From NCBI GenBank assembly GCA_973895155.1, contig OZ316898.1:7489079-7553078 (forward strand): 64,000 nt of DNA. Reading direction: 5' to 3'. Source of the DNA: Marsupella aquatica. Its lineage: Eukaryota; Plantae; Marchantiophyta. Under the pieces are notes generated by a model, which had not been told where the DNA came from, searched no databases, and was given only the letters and a program-made list of their open reading frames with translations. The position numbers and the translations under genes were made by a program. Of the stretch, positions 48,082 to 59,912 are shown piece by piece; positions within the stretch are counted from its first letter, which is position 1, and each line of letters starts with the position of its first letter.

Positions 48082-51000
48082 TCAGTGTGGAAGATACTTC
48101 ATCACTGCGGGTGGTAACTTAGACAATACCAACTTCTTTTGATGATCATAAGTTTTCAGTGCGTCACCCACAAACCGGTCAACTTCCTCCTCATATTCCT
48201 CATAAAAGCGAGGAAGAGTAAAGATTGCAAGTAACCCTGCGTCCACAAAACAACTATTATTGATGCGACTTTGAGAGGAAGAACTACCTTATGCTCCCTC
48301 ACAGATTCTGAATTGTGCTGTACATGTATTGTGAACGAGGAGGGGTGGAACCACTCAACTTACCTAGAGTAGCCTGTGTCTGAGCTGAAAAACGTCCAAG
48401 GAATTTGATGATCCGCAACAGCGACAGCAACTATAAGAAAACAAGAAAGATAATTTATCAATATAAGGCTTCTCCAGAGACGGTTCTCTTTTAGTCGTAG
48501 TCTGTGATGCCCAGCCTGCAATCAACCACTCGATTGAAACAGAAACCAAGACAGAGTAACTTCTTGGTCCCAGACGAATTCATTCATACTCTTGTAACTT
48601 CCCAATTCGACTTTTAAAATAACGTCGTCCACAACATCACCACCCGAAACGTGAAAAGCTTGATAGCGTGGAACAATTAAGCAGGTGACTGAAGCTGAGA
48701 GCCATACACACCTTGAAGAACAAAGACCGATCCTTCCCGCTTTTCAGTTTGCCAGCGACCTCAGCAGCAGAATTCCAGAGGGACCTAACGATAAGCGCAA
48801 CGTGCTCTGTGGTCTCCTCAGATACTTCAAAATACTCAAATGAGGGAATCCTGGGCACTTCCATTCCAAACCTGCACCAAGATGAGTTGTAATTAATTAA
48901 TCTGTCTCTACGAACACACGCTTACTGCAATGCGAGGTTTGTGATATAGGATAGAGTGAACGTGCTGCGACACTCCACTTCACAGTCAAGCGACGGCAAA
49001 CCTACAATCGATCAGTGACGTTAAGAACAACTAGGACGAAAAAGCAGAACAACAATCCACTCTACCAATTGAACATTTTACAGATGAGGCATTGGATGAG
49101 GGGGAACGTACACAGTTTCCGGAAGACGGCTCAATACAAAGAGAGCCAAAAGGGAAAAACATAAAAACTTCGCAGCAAGAGACACCATTGTATAGCCTGA
49201 TGCAAAGTATAGGTAGGCCATAAATGACAGGAATGATAGCACAGTCAAAGTTTGCTTTGTATCAGTCCACAAGATCACATCTGCAACTGCACGCCAAAAG
49301 ACATGAAGTCAGAACACATAAGCTGATTAGTCTACATTTTATGAAAGCATATCACGCCTCTGCACCATATCTCAACCTACCACCAGAATTCTCGTATTCA
49401 TCCCGATAAGACTATACTGATTGTATTCCAATACCACGCAGTTATAGCCCCAAAGAAGGAAACTTGATCACATTCATGAATGATGTTTGCGTCCTACGTC
49501 CTTTGGGACGTGGACTAGAGCACAATGTGCAGTAAGCAAGAAAAACTGAAGAGCCAAGTTTGCTGAACATGCTAGGATGGCCGCGCTGTATACATCACTA
49601 TACTTATTAGTGCTAAACGGCTCGTCTTGCCGCGACCCAAGGCTACTTCATCGCTGCGTAAATGAAGAATCCCGATACCGTGAGGGGGAAGTAGACAAAG
49701 GGATCATGCTAGGGGTCATAGTGGATTATTGTTGATATGCTAATCACCTGTCTCATCGCCGAGCAATACTCGCATCTTGGATGTCTTCAAACTTTTGTCT
49801 TTAGTTTTCACTGTCTTATCATTTCGCAGGTCTGAAAAGGAATCAATTGTACGCTTTATACCCTCCTGAAAGACAAGTGATAAGATCAGTGCTGAGATTA
49901 TGAACAGGACAATTCATCATTTCGTAGTGTGTTTCAACGCCCCGATGGGTCTCAAATATGTGTTTTGGCATAAACGAAATCCAGTAATCTAAACTCGACA
50001 AAAGGCACATCATTTACTCTGTATTGGGACCAGATACCTTTTCTCATCGTATGACTGTCAGAACAGGGATTCATAGCTATTCGTTCGTAAATGCAGGAAC
50101 CATCAGAGTTGGACAAACCTTTAGAGGCACAGGGGGGACATATCCAAGAAGCTTGTTGGCCCTTTTAATATTGAATGTACGTGTCGTGCTCATGAGTCGC
50201 ACCCTTGTAGGAGTAAACTGGGAATGCTTCACCCCAAAAGGAGCTAGTCGTCGGCACGTCCAGTCAACAATGTACGCAAATGGCATCAAGAGAGGCACCG
50301 GAAGGCCATATTTGGGACTGCATGGAACCAACTGCTTAGTATCAAGATAAACTATCCGTTGCCATTCACGGAAAGTTTGTGACATGAAATCCTTAACAAG
50401 TTCATGGTGTGCCAGAAAGTTACGTACCCAGGGTAGCCGAGACCTTCTAAGATGAGAACAAAGAATTCCCAAAACCTTATTGGCTCATCGTTTGTTATGA
50501 AGTAGGCCTGTTATAAAAGGAAATGATCAGTATAGCCGATGACTAAAAGCTAAGACCATATATCCGAAAACAATTCAATCGGTGACATGCTCGACTGAGT
50601 AGTTGACTAAGTTTGAACTATAGCATGCATTGGAGATGTCAATTATCTCCAGGTTTCTATGGTAATCCGAGAGGGCACAAGAGACATTCACCTTCCCAGC
50701 TGCGACATTTTCACCTTCAACTTCGCCCGGAACAAGGGAGTTATCAGCACACAAGTGAGCGTTTGCCACATTCTCCACATATGTCCAGTCGAACGTGTTC
50801 TCCCCATTACCAATGAAGAACTGTATATGATGATCACATAATTTTTAAGATCAGAAAGCAACCGTCGCAAACCCTGCAATTCTAATTTAAAAAAGAAGAA
50901 GAAAACATTTGTGTCCTGTGGCTCATCACTGCTTTTGCTGTGATAGAGAATTCAACAAACTAGTTACCTTAAGCTTGCCAGCTTTAGCAGCAGCTACTGC

Positions 51001-52489
51001 TGATGGAACGGCTAATCTGTCACCAGGCCCGAATATTCCACTGGGACGGATTGCACAAGTCAGCAAACCATTTTTCCCATTAGAACTCAGTACAAGTGCC
51101 TCAGCCTGAGCCTTTGCTTCTGAGTAGAAATCATTGTGCTGCCATCAAAATCCCACCGACCCAACATAAGCTTGAAGAAATTCGGCATTTTTGAGTTACA
51201 CGTACCAACCAACAATCCAAGCAGCACTTTAAAGCAATTCAAAGTTTTCAAGTCATGCCACCAAATTTTGGATCTTATAGGTCATTTCATGATATCACAA
51301 ACGGAGGAGTCATTCAAGAACTTATTTTATCGCCGAAGTTGTATCTGCTGGGAATTAGGAAACTTAAGCAACACAGTGAGACCGGCAAGTTTGCACACCT
51401 TCTCAGGTATTCGGAAGGACTCGTCAACGTTCACCATAGGTTCAAAACCATCAAAAATCACACTGGGGGAGCTGGTGTAGATAAGTTTCTTCACTCCCTG
51501 CTTGATGCATGCATCGACAATATTTCGCGTTCCTGCATGGGCCACGGATCACGATCCTATTTAGAAAATTACAGAGAGCTAGTTACAGTACTTCCCTTTT
51601 CGACCAGTACCATCTAACGATAAATGTTGGTTAAAATCAGAGACTACTGCAAGGTAATCTAGATTTAAGCCATAGTGCAGAGATCACAAAAATGAAATTT
51701 CTCACTGGTCATCATCACAGAATTAAGACAAAGTTACTCTAGCTCATGCATAGATTAGTAGGAAGAATGGGATTACGAGTCCACAATGGCCACAGCATTG
51801 GTAACAGAGTAGGGGGTTGAGGAGAAGAGACCTGTAACAGTGACATCGTAATGAAGCTGGAATTTATTAATGCTTGAATCAGGTGCTGCCATGTGAAATA
51901 CTGTTGTCACTCCTTCAACAGCTGTGAAACATACACGGTGTTCATGAGAACTTGTCCATGAAATTCTTCAAAAACGCATGGTAATTCGATAGAAGTATTA
52001 GTCCACAACACGAATACGAATGGGAGTTTCTACTCTTTTGACGTTTAACGAGGAGCACAGGTATTTAAGGGAATTTCATTGAGATCTCATATCCTAGTAT
52101 CTGTTACCCTCCGACCAACCCTAGGCCCGAAGCCCAAGAAAGACGGACCAAAGAAGGGCAGCATTGTGAGTAGCAGAATCAAATCACACCCAGTAACCCC
52201 TCTTACAAACAAAAGATGTAATAAACAAACACACATCAGACATACCTTTGAGAACCTTGTCCACATCTCTCAAATCAGCCTGAAAATAATGCACCCTCCC
52301 ATCTTCCACAGCCTTCCCAAGAACCCCGGTCTTTTCGTCCTCCGACAGATTGATTTCCGGCGCCAGATCCAGAATCCTCAGCACATACTCCGTCTTCTCC
52401 AGCAGCTGCAGCACCATGTGCCGGGCTACAAATCCCCTCCCGCCGGTCACTAATGCCACATCCGGCACGAAGTCCTCCTCGAGCCCCAT
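48082..52489 (-). CDS. 3BETAHSD/D: 3beta-hydroxysteroid dehydrogenase/C4-decarboxylase with a C-terminal reticulon domain (multi-exon)
   Basis: ALVTGGRGFVARHMV, VFHMAAPDSSINKFQLHY, GTRNIVDAC..GVKKLIYTSSPSVIFDG, DFYSEAKAQAE, AIRPSGIFGPGD, ENVANAHLCA, AYFITNDEPIRFWEF, QFTPTRVRL; then reticulon ILW.D.KQT...FFK...FYEEYEEEVD. Stop at 48082. Confidence 0.92.
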
Positions 52490-52804
52490 TGTTCTCTCTC
52501 GCTCTCTCTCTCTCTCTCTCTGATTGATGCAGCCGTCCGTTTGATCTGGCTGGCGACGACGATTGGATCTTTTATCAAGTGATGGTATAAGCAAGCCACG
52601 CGCGGCGGCTTTCCCCTCCCACCGCAGTCCGCTAAGTATTGCTTCAGTGCAGTGTAACGATTGTCAGTCTCGTGCGGAGGTGTTCGTTGTTGCTCACATT
52701 GCCAATCGATTATTCAAGTGCTCGACTTTTTTGCTTTCAGTATCGGCGGCTTCAGAAAGAGGTGATTTCTACAATAGTCATTCATTTTCCGGACAGCAGG
52801 AAGC

Positions 52805-53541
52805 ATGAAGGCTCTTATATTGGTGGGAGGATTTGGCACTAGGCTGAGGCCACCCACGTTGAGAGTGCCGAAGCCCCTGGTGGATTTCGCCAACCAACCT
52901 ATGATTCTGCATCAGATTGAGGCATTGAAGGCAGCTGGGTGTAACCGAGGTAGTGCTGGCCATCAACTATCAACCGAGGCAATGCTCAGTTTCCTGAAGG
53001 AATTCGAGACTAGTAGACTTGCTATAAAGATTGCTTGCTCGCAAAACACAGAACCTATGGGAACTGCTGGCCCCCTTTGCTCTGGCATGGGATAAGCTGG
53101 ATGATGGATCTGGCGGACCCTTTCTTCGTCCTTAATAGTGATGTCATCAGCGAACACCATTTGAAAGAGATGACTGCTAGCAAAAGCGAGAGATTTGTAG
53201 GCACAAGCAAAATGAATGCACGGTTGACTAACAAGGATTTGGTTGAGTGGGTGCAGGCCACATTTGCCAAGTTAAGATCTCTTATTATAGGGGCTCTTAT
53301 ATATATGCACTGACTTGCCATAAGCAAAGGGGAGAGATTTGTAGGGGTTGAGTGGGTGCAGGCCACATTTGCCAAGTTAAGATCTCTTATACTGGCTCTT
53401 ATATATATATATGCACTGATTTGCCATAAGCAAAGGGGAGAGATTTGTAGGCACAAGCAAAAGAATGCAGGGTTGACTGACAAGGATTTGGTTGAGTGGG
53501 TGCAGGCCACATTTGCCAAGTTAAGATGTCTTATAGGGGCT

Positions 53542-53596
<55 letters not shown>

Positions 53597-54205
53597 TGAT
53601 TTGCCATAAGCAAAGGGGAGAGATTTGTAGGCACAAGCAAAAGAATGCAGGGTTGACTAACAAGGATTTGGTTGAGTGGGTGCAGGGCACATTTGCCAAG
53701 TTAAGATGTCTTATAGGGGCTCTTATATATATGCACTGATTTGCCATAAGCAAAGGGGAGAGATTTGTAGGCACAAGCAAAAGAATGCAAGGTTGACTAA
53801 CAAGGATTTGGTTGAGTGGGTGCAGGCTACATTTGCCAAGTTAAGATCTCTTATAGGGGCTCTTATATATGTGCACTGATTTGCCATAAGAAAAGAATGC
53901 ACAGTTGACTAACAAGGATTTGGTTGAGTGGGTGCAGGCCACATTTGCCAAGTTAAGATCTCTTATATATATACACCGATTCACCCTTTGATCCTGGTAA
54001 GTCACAAGCTGGGAATGCTCTTATCATGGTCACTAAGCTGAAGTTGATGAGCCTTCAAAGTACCCAGGTGTTTGTTTGGAAACAAAATCAATGCTGGTAT
54101 CTACCTTCTCAATCTGAGCACCCTGAATCGGATAGAACTCCGGCCTACATCCATTAAAAAGAAAGTTTTCCCCAAGATTGCTGCCGAGAGTAAGCTTTTC
54201 GCTAT
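52805..54205 (+). pseudogene. CYT1: GDP-mannose pyrophosphorylase (CYT1/VTC1-like) processed pseudogene; frameshifted, internally deleted and split by a tandem repeat
   Basis: MKALILVGGFGTRLRP.TL.VPKPLVDFANQPMILHQIEALK, GVTEVVLAINYQP (shifted frame), EPMGTAGPL, PFFVLNSDVISE; after the repeat IMVTK..VDEPSKY and GNKINAGIYLLN...NRIELRPTSI.KKVFPKIA. No introns in the aligned part. Confidence 0.92.
53178..53975. repeat. Tandem repeat, ~140-bp unit, about 6 copies, each ending in a variable (TA)n tract
   Basis: Unit starts GCACTGATTTGCCATAAG at 53413, 53593, 53733 and 53873, with a variant at 53307. A long (TA)n lies at about 53544-53592. Confidence 0.95.
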
Positions 54206-55554
54206 TTGGCCCTTGCTTCTTTGTTGGCTTTTGGTTGGGGCCCCCTTGGCTTGTTTTTCTTTGGGCCCTTTCCCCTCTTTTCCTTCCCTTCATTGGGTTG
54301 CTTTGCCTTTGGGATCATGTCTCCCTGTTCGGCATTTTTTGCACTTGGGCACCGAGATATATACTACTCTAACATTTACCAAGTTAACACAAGAAACGTA
54401 AGAAACTTTTCAAATTCTCTAACATCTTCAAATTCTCTAACATTAACCTGGGCATTAACCAAGGTAACTTAAGAAACCCTTTGCTACTATGGATAGAAGA
54501 GTAACAAGTAAAGGTAAGAAACAAGATAACTACTATGGACAAAGTAATATTTTGCATTAACTATATGAAATGTTAGATGTATTGTATAGACATAGAAGTA
54601 CTAAGAAAGACATTTTACATGCAGAATTACCCTTGATATTACCATGAATGTACTCTTATTTGTTTTCAATGAAAATTTTCTAACTACCTTAAAATTCACT
54701 TCATTTAGAATCCTTCATTCAATCTTAGTTTGTCCTCTCATTTATCTATTCCAATGTGCAACTCTTCATGGTTTCAAATAGTTCAATAAAACAAGCTTAC
54801 ATAACCAAGCCAGGGGTCCTTGAACTAATTGGAGTGTATATTGTCACATCCCCCCCCCCCCCTTTTTTCAAAAAGGGGCAGAGCCCAAGATCTTTATTCC
54901 ACCCTAAACCCATGGAGAATACAATAACTGCCTGAGAAGGAAAAATGAGCAATTAATGGGGCAAGGAGAAGGAATTAATGGGGGCAAGGAGAAGGAGCAC
55001 CCCATAGAGAATAGAAAGAGACCAACCACCCAAAACTGCCAAAATGAGGGGACAGAAAAATGAGGGATGAAGGAACTCCAGAAGCAAAAAACCAACAATC
55101 TAACCTGAGAACAATCATGCAACCGATGGCAGCCAACCAGTGAGAGCGAAAACACCCAGGAAAGAACCGGGCAACAGCCAAACCCATCCACCACTGGCTG
55201 CCAATCCGAATTGCCACATTGTCTCCAACCATCCACCACTGTCTGCCAAACCAAACTCCCATATGTCTCCAGCTGTATAATCTCTTATAACTCATAAATA
55301 TCCATTTTCCCCCACCCTGCAGCTTGAGTGAAAAAAAGGTTAATATTCCCTAGAAGTTGGTGATCATGCCAAAGGCCCTCATGCATAGAATTTCAGAACC
55401 AAAGGGAAACAATACTTCCGGGCAGGATCTATCAATTTCAGTCTGCAATGATCCATCAGTCTGCAATGATCCATCAGGTGGAAATCACCTATTTTTAAAC
55501 CAGAACTTGGATAACATTTTGCAAATGTGGCCCAAAATCTAATAATTACTTAAG

Positions 55555-55950
55555 ACAAGGTAAATTTATATAACAGTGCAAACAAACACAAAAATGCCAA
55601 ACCAAGAGACAGAGTGGCCAAACCAATATAAATTTATATAACATAATTGCAAAAAAACAAAAAGGCCAAACCAAGAGACAGAAATTTATATAACATTGCA
55701 AACAAACAAAAATGCCAAACCAAGAAACAGGGTAGCAAAGGCAAAATAACCTAATAAACTCCAAACTGGAGTCGCCAAACCAAGAGAAATTTATATAACA
55801 GTGCAAATGAACAAAAATGCCAAACCAAGAGACAGGGTCGCAAAGGCAAAATAACCCAATAAACTCCAAACTGGGAGACAGGCTAGGGTCCCAAAAGCAA
55901 AGCACCCAAAGGCAAAGCAATCCAACAAAGGGGAAAGGTAAGACAAGTGC
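55555..55950. repeat. Degenerate tandem repeats, with an inverted partial copy at about 54265-54350
   Basis: Repeated AAATTTATATAACA.TGCAAA...AAAATGCCAAACCAAGAGACAG units. The reverse complement of 54270-54345 matches 55800-55940. Confidence 0.7.
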
Positions 55951-56280
55951 GTGTAAAACTACACATTTACTCATTTACTGTACATGAAGAGTCTCGCCCT
56001 GTGACCCGGTCCATCGCCCTGCGTACAGGGCAAATCGGACGAATGGATAGCAATCTGGTACGAGAGCTCGCGTTTCGCTTTGCTCGGGAATGTTTCGAGT
56101 TCGACACCAATTCCATCTGGAGAGAGCTCTCCCGAGCAGCACTCACTCTTTGACATAGCTGCTGAGTCGCAAGCTTGCAAGGGACTGGGTCTTTCGTTTG
56201 ACATTTATCAGTCTCATTAGGCTTGCACGAAATGCTTGAAATCTGACATAGCCGAGTCGCGCGGGCTAGCAGCAGCAGCT

Positions 56281-57828
56281 ATGGAGGTCATGGCTCTAGC
56301 TGCTGGGTGCTGCTCTCCTCCTCTCACCTGTGTATCAGTGAAACCCAGTGCCACATTTCGATACCCTTCTACTTCTTCGTGGGCTTCCAATTCTTTAGCA
56401 ATCAGATGTGTCCAGGGCCACAATTCAAGGGCTCTGAGGCGGACGAGCAGTAGGTGTACAGCAGTGGGCCGCATAATTTCTCCTTTCTCTAAGACGGCTG
56501 CTGCTGAAAGTGCATCAGCTTGTGCAGCCCAAGCGGAGAAAAATGCGTTTGTAGATGTGCAGCTGGAGGAAGAAGAGGCTGAGTCAAGCTGGGGAGAAGA
56601 GGAAGAAGCAGCGGCGGAGGCCTTTGGGGAGGTGGATTTAATCTTGGCCAGCAGAGTAGTGGATCGGAAGACCCAATACCTGATTCTGTGGAACGATGAT
56701 CATCCAGACAGCTGGGAGCCGGCGGACAACATCGCCAGGGATGTTGTGGGCGAATACGAGAAGCCGTGGTGGCAGGCTGCGCGTAAAGCAGACGTCGAGA
56801 AGCTAAAGGGGCTATTGGACGACGAAGAGTTGCAAAGAGACGTCAACGCTGCAGATGAAAATGAGAGAACAGCGCTTTTCTTCGCTGCAGGACTGGGATC
56901 TGAAAAGTGTGTTCGGCTTCTTGTTGAGTATGGAGCCGACGTACATTGGCAGGTATTGTGCAACCCTCTGTGTCCCTCCTCCTTTTATGAGAATGTGTAG
57001 ACCAGTCTTGTGAATGTCTGCTGTTACAATTGAGATCATTAAAATTAATGAGTTGTGTTCTCCTAAACTTGACAGTGAATTGAGGTCATAGCTCACTGTA
57101 GTTCCATTGAGGTGAAGGGATGGCTCCTGATGCTTACCCAGTACTCCACTAGTAGAGAACCTTGCATGAAATAGTGTGCCCACAAATCCTCTTTCAGAAT
57201 GGGTTTGAATTGAATGAAATTGATTTTCAACTCCCTGCTTTGAACTTAGGCATTCCAAAGAATATGGGCTTACCCTTGTTTTACAGGATAGGGATGGTTT
57301 TACGGCCCTGCATATCGCATCTGGGTATGTGCACGTAAACACCGTAAAAGCACTGGTGGAGCTTGGAGCTGATCCTGATCTGGAGGATGCAAAGGGAAGG
57401 TCGGCTCTGTCGTTAGCCCAGGAACTCCTGGACAACACACCGAAGGCCAACCCGTTACAATTTGCTCGAAGACTTGCACTGGACCAAGTCGTCAAAGCTT
57501 TAGATGAAGTCATGTATGAAACGGTGGAGGTGGAGCAGGTTCTCGACAAAAGGATGGGTGAAGGTGAAGTTCTTGAGTATTTGGTGAAGTGGAGCGATAA
57601 TTCTGACAATAGCTGGGTTCCTGCAACGGACATTGGTGAGGATCTAATCAAGGATTATGAGGATGGACTAGAGTATGGAATTGTCGAGCAAGTTCTTGAC
57701 AAGAGGGAGACTGACGGCGAGGTGCAATACTTTGTGAGGTGGTCAGATGGTCAGGAGACCTGGGAGCCGCAGAAAATGTTGGAGAGGAAGTTGTTGCAGA
57801 GTTCAACAACTCACAAAATACTCAATAG
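56281..57828 (+). CDS. cpSRP43: Chloroplast signal recognition particle 43 kDa subunit; exons 56281-56952 and 57287-57828; apparent 1-bp deletion at about 57767
   Basis: Transit peptide, chromodomain 1 ([11 protein letters not shown]...[33 protein letters not shown]+KAD), ankyrin repeats ([15 protein letters not shown]; [11 protein letters not shown]), chromodomains 2 and 3 (EYLVKWSD; DYEDGLEYG; [13 protein letters not shown]). Confidence 0.96.
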
Positions 57829-59912
57829 TCACATAATTATTCACGCATAATTCTAGTGAAAGATAGCTCGAGAGGGGTTAAACTTTATGAAGGGAACGTT
57901 GCAGACGAGACAATAGTAACAGAAGTTTTGGATCACGCATGACTTGGTGCAGGTCGAGTTTCTCTTATGCAATTCTCTTTGTATATCATTTTGAGCTGGG
58001 ACCAAGTTGCTGAGCGCAATTGAAAAGAAAGCACTGTCGAATAGACAGACTGTTGTAGATTAACCAGAGCGAGCTGGCAAACGTCTCTCATTTGATCTCT
58101 CCCTGCGCTACTCCCCACTTATAAGCTACCTTTTAAGCTACCTCACATCGAAAGTTTATCGTGACCCTCGTTTCGAAGCTTAGTATAACTCAAAATGTTC
58201 TTTTGGGCAGGGGTTAGAGTACATATTTCGATGTGAGGAGAGTTCTCCCTCCAAGATTAGCCTAGTGGATTTCCCTTTCACCGTAAGAAAACCATATCTT
58301 TTAACGAAGTAGCAAGTGAATTGGTCTTGACACCTGACGGTTTCAAGTTGGCATGTCCTTCAAGCTGCACTCCTTTTTTTTTTCCAAAGGAAACAGTCGA
58401 AAGCATGGGAAACCATCTTCCCAGTTTAGGCTGTGAAACTAGCATGGTGACAGAATTCTCTCGAAGTTGTTTTCTTGTAAATAACTGAGCGGGAGGGTGC
58501 TTCAGCCCTGAATGGAGCAAATCTAAGTGAAGCCACAGAGATGACTCACCGGTTCGAGAGAACACGGTATAGTGGAAACCTGAATCCTTCATGTTAAGAA
58601 TTGTCACAAGAGTCTGAAGATTTTCCTATGTGTCCTGCATAATCATTTTGATCCCAATATATTATACTCCTCGAAAATCTTTCACGAATCCTGTGAGCAT
58701 TCGTACTGTTATTTGTTGAGACATGGAAGCAGTAGCTTCGATAATGACCCAAGCAAAGTTGTTTCGCTTGGTAACCACGGCTTCGAGATGCTACGCTGTT
58801 CCTTCAAGGTATAAAGTTTGTCAGGCTAGTTGACTCTTTTTTTCCAATCAGGACATGTGTCGTCTCCCCTAATTGGCCACCATTCATTTGTTGACCTAAA
58901 CGATACACAGGAAGATGGTTTATCAGTGAGAAAAAGACTCCATAACCCTCAGAATCCGCCTGTTAATCAGTCAGCTCTGTGTTTGCCCCCCTGGATTTCC
59001 TAAGGGCACACACATGGAATTGAAGAGTGCTCTGTGATGTTGGTTCTCTTCCCAAAGAATTATGTTCTAGACTGTCAGGTTCTCTAACAGGAAATATTGG
59101 ACACCTGTGAGGCAGTTCGAAAGCTGCTCAAATACAATTGGATGATGTGTCTGTCTATCATATTTCCTGTGGAGAAGACGTTACTATAGTTCGGTGTCCA
59201 ATTAGAGACCTTGGTAAATCTATGAATTCTTTTCCACACCAAGGAAAATATCCGTAAAGTTCAATCTTTCTAGTCCCTCGCCGTGAACTGGCTCGATTGT
59301 AAATTACTTAGGAATTGTAATATTCCAACACATCCCTCCTTCCTAACGTCTGTTTTGAAACCAGGAAAAATATTTTCTCCAAAAATGAGTTTACACCGGT
59401 CTCCTGTTATTTGCACTCTAGCGGTAGTTATTTTAGAATTCATATCATGCACACCTTGTCTCCTTCACATGGGGGTGCAATTGCCACTGTACCATTGAAA
59501 AAAGATCTTCATATGATTCTTATCGTCGGACTGCCAGAGGCACAAACAATGGCCCGCATGTTTCTTTCACAAACAATTCGAAAATAGATGGGAATTTTCA
59601 CCTGCAGTCCCTTCAGAACGAATTCTCCCGTCTCTTTGCCCTGGATTGGCAGTAGACAGGAACGGGTTTTGCAACTTGGGAGTGGCTGTGAAAGATTGAA
59701 AGGTACGCACACTTCGGAAAATCCAGAGTCCATGCCAACCAATCGTATGCAAATCGCCGTCATGTTCTGGATAGGACTGGACCATTTTGGGTGCAAGGCA
59801 AGGGATCTCACAAGTTGCAGGCCAGTAACACCTGCAAACAGTGCTCCCTTGAGGAAACTGTAGTGTTGCAGACATTTCTTAGCAAAGGCAATGTGGTACA
59901 CGAGAAAATGTG

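Noticed and set aside
48082-49290. Dehydrogenase-reticulon fusion as a novelty
   Set aside because: This architecture is already known in plant 3beta-HSD/D reticulon-like proteins.
53055-53879. ORFs with YIYIYI runs on both strands
   Set aside because: These are translations of the tandem repeat and its (TA)n microsatellite.
54842-54880. TGTCACATCCCC as the start of a gypsy LTR
   Set aside because: No matching end, TSD, PBS or PPT was found.
56812-57651. 279-aa minus-strand ORF
   Set aside because: It is an antisense shadow of cpSRP43 spanning its intron, with no domain signal.
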